NCBI GenBank assembly: GCA_016188605.1 | Contig: JACPHP010000009.1 | Coordinates: forward strand, 24,786-88,785 | Direction: 5' to 3' | Origin: Candidatus Spechtbacteria bacterium | GTDB lineage: Bacteria; Patescibacteriota; Minisyncoccia; Spechtbacterales; JACPHP01 | Length of the DNA stretch: 64,000 nucleotides | Shown here: one piece after another, positions 9,797 to 17,160 of the stretch | Numbering within the stretch: position 1 is the first letter of the stretch | Layout: every line of letters starts with the position of its first letter | The notes under the pieces: model-generated | What the model was told of the DNA's origin: nothing | The model's input: the letters and a program-made list of their open reading frames with translations, nothing else | The model's database searches: none | Program-made: the position numbers and the translations under genes

Positions 9797-10375
9797 TTAT
9801 CGTCCCCCTAAAATCTTCAGCGCCGCTTTAATTTTCTCTTCGGGCGTCACAGGGCCTTCGGGAAGCGCTCGCAAAACTTTTTGCGCATCGCCTCTGGAAT
9901 AGCCAAGAGTGGCTAGCGCCTCCAGCACATCAGTTTCTTCTTTAATATTTCCTGGTAACGTGCCCCACTCTTCGCCGTACTTATCTTTTAATTCCAACAC
10001 CACTTTTTGCGCGATTTTATTGCCAATGCCAGACACACGCGTCAGCATCGTAGTATCACCCGAAGCAATGGCGCGTTGAAGCGTATCAACCGGCGCGGCA
10101 TTCAAAATCCCCATCGCGCCCTTCGGCCCGATACCCGAAACTGTCAGCAAAATTCTAAACATCTGCTCGTCCGCCTTAGTCGGAAAGCCGTAAAGCTCCA
10201 TCACTGTTTCGCGAATATAGTGAAAGGTATAAAGAGTTTTGTCTTGGCCTATTTCGCGCGCAAATTGCGGAATATCGCGCGGCACGCAAAAAATCCGATA
10301 GCCAACACCCTGCACGTCACAAAGCACGGCGTTGTCCTCTACTTCTAGTATTTTACCTCGTAGGAATCCTATCAT
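9797..10375 (-). CDS. ruvA: Holliday junction branch migration protein RuvA
   Basis: MIGFLRG, GVGYRI, VSGIGPKGA, LATLGY. Confidence 0.95.
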   Translation of the reverse strand: MIGFLRGKILEVEDNAVLCDVQGVGYRIFCVPRDIPQFAREIGQDKTLYTFHYIRETVMELYGFPTKADEQMFRILLTVSGIGPKGAMGILNAAPVDTLQRAIASGDTTMLTRVSGIGNKIAQKVVLELKDKYGEEWGTLPGNIKEETDVLEALATLGYSRGDAQKVLRALPEGPVTPEEKIKAALKILGGR

Positions 10376-10469
10376 AAGCCAATTATGGCACTATTTACCC
10401 TAACCCTCAAGTTATGCTATAATAGTGTGCTTTGGAAAGTAACAATGAATATGCGTACGTAAGTAAGAG

Positions 10470-10539
10470 TGTCATCTAGAACGCCCTGCCGTTGCGGGGC
10501 GGAGAGATCTCTCGTCGTTGCTACGACTTCGAGATGACA
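10470..10539. repeat. REP-like element family R copy 2, in uvrB leader
   Basis: GTCATCTAGA...GAGAGATCTCTCGTCGTTGCTACGACTTCGAGATGAC. Confidence 0.85.
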
Positions 10540-10575
10540 AAATTAGGGAAATAGATAAGCTAGGTAAGTAACTTT

Positions 10576-12615
10576 ATGAAATTCAAACTTGTCTCCCCAT
10601 TTAGTCCCACCGGCGACCAACCCCAAGCAATCAAACAATTGTCCGAGGGCGTTTTGACTGGAAAGAAACATCAGGTTCTGCTTGGCGTTACAGGATCAGG
10701 TAAAACATTTACCGTGGCTTCGGTGATTGAAAAAGTACAAAAACCGACGCTGGTTATGTCACCCAACAAAACTCTCGCGTGGCAGCTGTATCAGGAGTTC
10801 AAGGAATTTTTTCCGGACAACGCTGTGGAATATTTTGTCAGCTATTACGACTATTATCAGCCGGAAGCATATATACCCCAGAGCGATACATACATAGAAA
10901 AGGACGCGCGTGTTAACGAAAAAATCGACCAGATGCGCCACCAGTCAGTGCAAAGTCTTTTAACTCGCAATGATGTTATAGTCATCGCTTCTGTGTCGTG
11001 CATCTATAACCTTGGCTCTCCCAAAGAATATCAAGCTGTTAGCGTGCGCATCGCGCAGGGGCAAAATATATCACGCCAACAATTCTTGCACGAGCTGGTG
11101 CGTTTAGGATACACGCGAAATGACATTGCTCCGGGCCCGGGAAATTTCAGCGCTAAAGGCGCGCAAGTAAAAGTGCATCCTTCAACCGGCCTTAATGTAG
11201 TACAGATAGAATTTGATAAGAATACTGTAAGTAAAATCGCGATGGTAGATGATACGAAGATGTTGAAGCTTAGCTTCAACGAGCTCGTTGAAGCTAAGCT
11301 TCAACATCTTGTGGACACAGTATCAATCTTCCCAGCGCACTTTTGGATAACGCCGGAAGAAAAACTGCGTATTGCAATTGTAAATATAAAACAAGAATTG
11401 CAAACAGCTCTGGCGAATTTGCGCGCGCAAGGAAAACTGCTTGAAGCGCAACGCCTGGAAAGCCGCACCAATTACGACATTGAGCTGATTGAGCAAACAG
11501 GCTGGTGCCACGGCATTGAAAACTATTCTTCGCACTTGGAGTTCCGCCCGGAAGGTTCTTCGCCCTACACTTTGCTTGATTATCTCGCCGAGTCACAAAA
11601 AGATTTTCTCACGATTATAGACGAATCACATCTTGCAGTCCCGCAGGTTGGCGGCATGTATTTTGGTGACAAAGCTAGAAAAACGACATTGGTTGATTAT
11701 GGCTTTCGATTGCCTTCAGCCAAAGACAATCGACCGCTTAAGTTTAGCGAATTTGAGGATCGTATTGGCCAGAGAGTATATGTAAGCGCCACGCCCGGGC
11801 ACTACGAATACGACGAAATAAAAATACAGGACGAGGAACAGTCTCTTTTAGGAAGGACCGACCCTCCTAATGCCTCGCTGGTGGAACAGGTCATCCGCCC
11901 GACCGGCCTTGTTGACCCATCGATAGAAATTCGCCCCACAGAAAACCAGATGAGAGACGCGATTGCGGAAATTGAAAAGCGTATCGCCAAAGGCCAGCGT
12001 TCTCTCGTAGTTACTATTACAAAGCGCCTCGCTGAAGATATTGCGGAATACTTGGCAGAGGAAAATATTACGGCCGCCTATCTGCACTCGGAAATCCACA
12101 CGCTGGAACGGCCAAAAATTTTGCGCGATTTACGCCTTGGCGTGTATGACGTTTTGGTGGGAATAAATCTTTTGCGCGAGGGATTGGACTTACCAGAAAC
12201 CTCTCTTGTAGTTATTTTTGACGCGGATAAAGAAGGATTTTTGCGCAACGAAACAACGCTTGTGCAAACTATGGGTCGCGCCGCGCGCCATCTTGAGGGG
12301 CACGTAATTATGTACGCCGACCAAGTCACCGGCTCCATGAAACGCGCTATATCCGAAGTTGACCGCAGACGAAAAATCCAGATTGCCTACAACGAAGAAC
12401 ACAACATCACCCCTAGAGGAGTAGAAAAGAAGATATATGATATGCCGGACGGGCTTAATCAAGAGGAAGAAAATGAAGAAGATTACTCCCCTGTCCAGAA
12501 ACTAGATGCCGGCGCGCAAAAGGAGATTGAAAAGCAAATGAAAATAGCGGCCAAAAATTTGGACTTTGAGAAGGCGGCGAAGTTAAGAGACAAACTCAAT
12601 AGAACCGCTTTATAA
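10576..12615 (+). CDS. uvrB: Excinuclease ABC subunit B
   Basis: GVTGSGKT, YYDYYQPEAY, DESH, GINLLREGLD, UVR tail. Confidence 0.97.
   Translation: MKFKLVSPFSPTGDQPQAIKQLSEGVLTGKKHQVLLGVTGSGKTFTVASVIEKVQKPTLVMSPNKTLAWQLYQEFKEFFPDNAVEYFVSYYDYYQPEAYIPQSDTYIEKDARVNEKIDQMRHQSVQSLLTRNDVIVIASVSCIYNLGSPKEYQAVSVRIAQGQNISRQQFLHELVRLGYTRNDIAPGPGNFSAKGAQVKVHPSTGLNVVQIEFDKNTVSKIAMVDDTKMLKLSFNELVEAKLQHLVDTVSIFPAHFWITPEEKLRIAIVNIKQELQTALANLRAQGKLLEAQRLESRTNYDIELIEQTGWCHGIENYSSHLEFRPEGSSPYTLLDYLAESQKDFLTIIDESHLAVPQVGGMYFGDKARKTTLVDYGFRLPSAKDNRPLKFSEFEDRIGQRVYVSATPGHYEYDEIKIQDEEQSLLGRTDPPNASLVEQVIRPTGLVDPSIEIRPTENQMRDAIAEIEKRIAKGQRSLVVTITKRLAEDIAEYLAEENITAAYLHSEIHTLERPKILRDLRLGVYDVLVGINLLREGLDLPETSLVVIFDADKEGFLRNETTLVQTMGRAARHLEGHVIMYADQVTGSMKRAISEVDRRRKIQIAYNEEHNITPRGVEKKIYDMPDGLNQEEENEEDYSPVQKLDAGAQKEIEKQMKIAAKNLDFEKAAKLRDKLNRTAL
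11257..11310. repeat. Perfect 54-bp palindrome in frame within uvrB
   Basis: AAGATGTTGAAGCTTAGCTTCAACGAG|CTCGTTGAAGCTAAGCTTCAACATCTT. Confidence 0.9.
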
Positions 12616-12655
12616 ATACTTGCTTAGAATTAAAAACTATGCTAACGTAGCCCAT

Positions 12656-12913
12656 ATGCCTATTACTAAATCAGCTAAAAAAGCTTTGCGACAAAGCGCC
12701 AAGCGACGCGAGCACAATTCGTCTGCCAAAAAAGCGATGAAAAACGCTATTAAGGACCTAAAGAAGCTCGTCCGCGAAGGCAAAACAGAAGAAGCTAGAA
12801 AACAGCTTCCGGCAGTATACAAAGTGCTTGATAAGTCGGCTAAAACCAATCTTATTAAGAAAAATACTGCGGCGCGCTACAAGTCACGCATTGCAAAATC
12901 CGTGGCAAAATAG
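12656..12913 (+). CDS. rpsT: 30S ribosomal protein S20
   Basis: MPITKSAKKALRQS...LDKSAK..LIKKNTAARYKSR. Confidence 0.95.
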   Translation: MPITKSAKKALRQSAKRREHNSSAKKAMKNAIKDLKKLVREGKTEEARKQLPAVYKVLDKSAKTNLIKKNTAARYKSRIAKSVAK

Positions 12914-12943
12914 CCACTGCTGTGGCTCGCAGAATAACGCAGA

Positions 12944-13969
12944 CTAAACGCGGAAAAACGCAGACAATTTCTGCGACTGTCCGCGTGTGTCAGCGAGTGC
13001 CCCGCTAAAGGCACTGGCGACACGAAGCGCAAGGAGCTCTACACCCAACTGCGGGTCTAGAGCTCCTTGTTTTATTAACACGTCTGTTTCATGCACCGCC
13101 TGCATTAAATCTTGAGCAGACTGCCACGAAATGCGCCTTGCCATATGAGATGTTTTGCGAAGAACAAATGGATGAACGCCAGCCAAAAACCCTTTCTTGT
13201 TGAAAGGGTTTTTGGCTACCCCCTCACTCTGCGATTTTAGCGCAGTGACAACACGCATCTGCCGCGCGATCATGGCAAGCAGGTAAAGAGGATCATCCCC
13301 TGCTTTAATATGGCTTTCAATTTGCGACAAACTATTCTTTACATCACCCGCAAAAAGAGCGTCTATTGTTGAAAAAATTTGTACTTGTTGGGGCGGTGGG
13401 GCAAGCATCTCCACGTCAGATTGTTTTATAGTCCCACCCTCAGCATAGGCACGAAGTTTTTGAATGTCGTTAGCCGTCTGCCATGAATCACCTTCACGCC
13501 ACTGGCTAAATAGCGTTAACGCTTTTGGCTCAAACAAAATACCGTGCGCCTCGGCAAGCTTTAACACCCATGCGCGAAACGCGGGACCGCGTAAAAAAGA
13601 AAATTCCTGTTTTTTTTCAGCTATCTTTTCTATCACAGAGGATTCCTTCACCGAGCTTGCCAGCGCTTCATCCCAGAAAACAATAAATGCCTGCGTGTCA
13701 TCGGCAATGGCGGCGTGGTTTTTATTCGCCCCCAAGTCGCGCAAGAAATCCTTGCTTTCAAGCGCGCGCTCCACAACAATAAGACGCTTTGGCGCAAATA
13801 AAGATCTGTCGCCGAAACGCTCCCAAAAAATACCAAAACCGTCTTGCGGCGCATAGATAGTGGACTCTGCGAGACCGCTGCCATATTTACTCCTATATGC
13901 CCCAACAAACTCACGCATTTTAGCTCGCGAGCGATATGTGTCTGGTCCGTGCAGAAAGATAATCATCAC
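12944..13969 (-). CDS. holA: DNA polymerase III delta subunit
   Basis: IIFLHGPDTYRS, SLF, IF..IDA, VHPFV..K, D..IK.G. Confidence 0.88.
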   Translation of the reverse strand: MMIIFLHGPDTYRSRAKMREFVGAYRSKYGSGLAESTIYAPQDGFGIFWERFGDRSLFAPKRLIVVERALESKDFLRDLGANKNHAAIADDTQAFIVFWDEALASSVKESSVIEKIAEKKQEFSFLRGPAFRAWVLKLAEAHGILFEPKALTLFSQWREGDSWQTANDIQKLRAYAEGGTIKQSDVEMLAPPPQQVQIFSTIDALFAGDVKNSLSQIESHIKAGDDPLYLLAMIARQMRVVTALKSQSEGVAKNPFNKKGFLAGVHPFVLRKTSHMARRISWQSAQDLMQAVHETDVLIKQGALDPQLGVELLALRVASAFSGALADTRGQSQKLSAFFRV

Positions 13970-14019
13970 TGCAATACTAGCACGAAAATCGCTTGAGGAT
14001 TAGGACTTACGCTTTTGCC

Positions 14020-14150
14020 TGTCATCTTTAATGTAGAAATACATTCTCTTGTATTTCTTGTTAAACGTAGAAATACATTCTCTTGTATTTCTTGTCGAGG
14101 AGTAGAAACTCCGAGAGATCTCTCGTCGTTGTTACGACTTCGAGATGACA
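14020..14150. repeat. REP-like element family R copy 3, interrupted by a tandem 33-34 bp palindromic unit (about 14027-14094)
   Basis: GTCATC|TTTAATGTAGAAATACATTCTCTTGTATTTCTTG x2|TCGAG...GAGATGACA. Confidence 0.85.
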
Positions 14151-14363
14151 AACTATCTATATCCAAATGCATTCAAACGCGCAAATCCTAAGAATAAAAA
14201 ATTTGCTTGTGTTTTCCTTGTTTATTCTACTGTTGATTATTTTTAGAAACATTGTGTATACACGCCATATCTTATTGTATACAAAAATACACAGTTTGTA
14301 ATGAAAAATAATCAGACATAGGGCGGGGTGTTGTTTTTGCTTTATTTAAGCCAAAATACAAAC

Positions 14364-14467
14364 TGTGTATAACTTTTGTGAGCAAACATTTTCGTGTATT
14401 TTAAGATTGCAGTTGTTTCTTTTTATACACATTGGTATAATAAAAGATGTCCCCATTGTTATACACA
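14364..14467. promoter_or_regulatory. Three DnaA-box matches (TTATACACA) around an extended -10 (TGGTATAAT)
   Basis: 14364-14372 (reverse), 14423-14431, 14459-14467 match TTATNCACA. Confidence 0.5.
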
Positions 14468-14590
14468 GGTCTTTAGAATAAACTTACTGCAGTGGGTTAG
14501 ACGAATAATTACTATTTCTCTGTGGCCCAGACCCCCGCCCAGCCACCACAAAGAAATAGTAATTATTCGGCTCTTCATTGATGCAATACT

Positions 14591-14971
14591 ATGAAACCTT
14601 TTGAAAAACCATCACGAAACATGCAGTTATTGGGCCAGTATCTTAAATCCTTGCGCCTTGATTTTGGGCTAAGCATGCACGAGATAGCACGCCGCACTTC
14701 TCTCACTCCAAGCTATATATCTAAAATTGAATCTGGCGCGGTATTTCAATCAATCACAGTGCAAACACTTCAAGAGTTTGCTAAGGCATACAACTTGCCC
14801 GTGCAGCTCATTTTGGAGCGCGCTGGTTTTATCGAAGAATCTGCCGATGGCCTGCCAGCCCTCGGCGCATACCTTAAATCCAAACACCGTGCGCCGCACC
14901 AGGCGGTGCAGGAAATGGAATTGGCGTGGGAAATAATCAAGAAGAAATATTTATTGGATCGTACTCAATAA
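14591..14971 (+). CDS. XRE-family helix-turn-helix regulator
   Basis: LGQYLKSLR...LSMHEIAR...SYISKIESG. Confidence 0.85.
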   Translation: MKPFEKPSRNMQLLGQYLKSLRLDFGLSMHEIARRTSLTPSYISKIESGAVFQSITVQTLQEFAKAYNLPVQLILERAGFIEESADGLPALGAYLKSKHRAPHQAVQEMELAWEIIKKKYLLDRTQ

Positions 14972-15017
14972 GCAATACAAAAGCCTCCACAATTGTGGAG
15001 GCTTTTGTATTGCTTAT
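14968..15017. terminator. Perfect 50-bp palindrome between convergent genes (bidirectional terminator)
   Basis: ATAAGCAATACAAAAGCCTCCACAA|TTGTGGAGGCTTTTGTATTGCTTAT. Confidence 0.75.
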
Positions 15018-15018
15018 A

Positions 15019-16068
15019 TTATTCTCCTATCCAATCAACCCTAGTCCCGGGATCGGCAATTTGAATCCACATAGTACCCCTTACTAAAAATACTTGTTTG
15101 CCATCTTTATCTAAAAACTCTAACGGGCTTGAAAGTTTTCTGGCATCTTTACGCCATTTAGCTTCCTGCCTTATTCCTTTCTGAAAAACCAGCGCGTCTC
15201 CCTCGCCCGTCACCGCCACCGTATTGTAATCTTTCTCTAGTTGGTGTGACGGCGCGAACATCACAACCACAACATCCGCGCTAACTTGTTGCTGCGTCAA
15301 CGCGTCAACTTCTTTCATATTACTGCGTGAACGTAAATATTTACCCGAGGATGGATCATAGGCGTAATCAACGCGGGCGGGATAATAAATCTTCAGTGTG
15401 CCGCTTTTATCGTTTCTCCCTTCGTTTGAGATACGGGCATATCCTGCAAATGTAGATGTTAGACTATAATCCAATCCCTGCGCCGCACGCAACATATTAT
15501 CAACCGACGTAAAGCCGTTATGCGGCGCTCTCACATATGATTTACGCCAGAATGTGTTAAATGGGTTCACTAAAGCATCGATACGATCTATAACATTCAA
15601 TTTTAATTCGTCTAACGCGTAGTGCGACCCTCCCCAATGAACAAATATCGCGTCAAAACCCGCGGCAAGCGGAATAAAATCGTGGCGCGCGGAACGAACA
15701 GACCCTATTTCTGACGACAAACTACATTGAAAAAGCGCCATCATGCGGTTAATGCCATTTGTAATCACCGGCATTTCAATAACAACATCAGCCAACCCAA
15801 TACCTGAAAGCGGACGAGCGACCTGATCTTCGGCCATCATCACGGCAAACGGCCTGCGTCCCGCGCTCTCGCCTTGCCCTTCCGTAGCTTTAGGCGAAGG
15901 AGGGCACGGCTCGCCGCGTAGAGAACTTATTGGTAAAATTATTTCTGGCACATCTTTTGCTACGGGCGCATTATTTTTTTCTTCCAGCGCCTTGTCAAAC
16001 ACCATAATCCTGTTGGGAATAATAAAAATACCCGCCGCGCCGATAAGCCCCGCGCCTATTGTTGCCAA
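15019..16068 (-). CDS. DUF3048 family protein (YerB-like)
   Basis: RRPFAVM, ARPLSG...AD, IGSVRSAR, HWGGS, APHN; start uncertain. Confidence 0.85.
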   Translation of the reverse strand: MATIGAGLIGAAGIFIIPNRIMVFDKALEEKNNAPVAKDVPEIILPISSLRGEPCPPSPKATEGQGESAGRRPFAVMMAEDQVARPLSGIGLADVVIEMPVITNGINRMMALFQCSLSSEIGSVRSARHDFIPLAAGFDAIFVHWGGSHYALDELKLNVIDRIDALVNPFNTFWRKSYVRAPHNGFTSVDNMLRAAQGLDYSLTSTFAGYARISNEGRNDKSGTLKIYYPARVDYAYDPSSGKYLRSRSNMKEVDALTQQQVSADVVVVMFAPSHQLEKDYNTVAVTGEGDALVFQKGIRQEAKWRKDARKLSSPLEFLDKDGKQVFLVRGTMWIQIADPGTRVDWIGE

Positions 16069-16137
16069 AAAAACCGCCTTTTTGCGGTTTTTTATCTGTA
16101 TTAGAATATTATCTATCGAAAAAATAAAAATAAAGAT

Positions 16138-16698
16138 TTAATAAATAACCCTTCCTTCGAGATGGTCTTTTGCGACAAACCCGAACCGTCGCGAATCAAA
16201 GGAGCTAGCATCAATCTCGTCTCCTAAAATTAAATACAAATCATTCTGGACTTTGCCGTCTTGAAGTTGTTTGGAGAGAATGTTTGAAGAAATTGAAGAA
16301 AAAACGTATTTTTGACCAGCCGAATTTACAAGCGGCGTGCCGTTGAGAAGCGCATTCTCTCCTTGGAAAGAAATTTCATCGCCTGGCACCGCGCCAATCT
16401 TTTTAATCAATAAGTCATCTCGCGTAGCGAATGCAAGAATAGCCACATCTCCTCTTTGTACTGGATTGCACGAATAGTAACCATAAAGCGAGTGTACTTT
16501 CTGCCCATCTTTTAATAACGGGACCATGGAAACACCTTTAACGTTATCGCTTGCCTCTCTGGTTATGCATGCGGTTTCATGGCTCTTCTTCGTCAACAAA
16601 AACCCCCCTGCGGCTAGGATAATAGCGGCTGTAATGATTAGATACAGAAGCCTTCTATCGCGCAATGCGTTAAGCATTTTTTCGCTAATATATTGCAT
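16138..16698 (-). CDS. lepB: Signal peptidase I (S26)
   Basis: G.SM.P, LIKKIG..PGD, GD...S.DSR.FG; start uncertain. Confidence 0.8.
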   Translation of the reverse strand: MQYISEKMLNALRDRRLLYLIITAAIILAAGGFLLTKKSHETACITREASDNVKGVSMVPLLKDGQKVHSLYGYYSCNPVQRGDVAILAFATRDDLLIKKIGAVPGDEISFQGENALLNGTPLVNSAGQKYVFSSISSNILSKQLQDGKVQNDLYLILGDEIDASSFDSRRFGFVAKDHLEGRVIY

Positions 16699-16711
16699 AT
16701 AGAGGCTATTC

Positions 16712-17140
16712 CTATAAATCTTTTTTAATTTTTTCAATGATTTCAGCCGGTGTGAACTGTGCCTTAACTAGATAATCTTTAGCGCCCAGCGCTCGAGCGC
16801 GCTCAACGTCATCTTCTTGTCCCAAATTAGAAAGCACAATGACGGGAATGTTCTCTGTCTCTTTTTTCTGTTTAAGCTGGCGAAGAACCTCGAAACCGTC
16901 AATGCCCGGCAAAATTATATCAAGCAAAATAATCTGCGGCTTGTTGTTGAGCGCCTTATTTAATCCCTCCTCCCCATCAATCGCCTCGAAGACAGTAAAA
17001 CCCTCTTCAATAAGCTTATGAACAATAAGATCTCTAAGAAATTGATCGTCTTCAACAACAAGAACTGCTGTAGATTTGGTTGTATCAAAACTATCTGTTT
17101 TTTCACTCATCTCTTGATTGTTTATTTTATTATCTTTCAT
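16712..17140 (-). CDS. Single-domain response regulator
   Basis: VLVVEDD, ILLDIILPGIDG, GAKDYLVK. Confidence 0.92.
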   Translation of the reverse strand: MKDNKINNQEMSEKTDSFDTTKSTAVLVVEDDQFLRDLIVHKLIEEGFTVFEAIDGEEGLNKALNNKPQIILLDIILPGIDGFEVLRQLKQKKETENIPVIVLSNLGQEDDVERARALGAKDYLVKAQFTPAEIIEKIKKDL

Positions 17141-17160
17141 AAATATTATGGCTCTTAATT

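Noticed and set aside
13966-14172. 68-aa ORF upstream of holA (also 857-1039, 24936-25205, 57374-57670)
   Set aside because: Translations of repeat elements; no protein-like features
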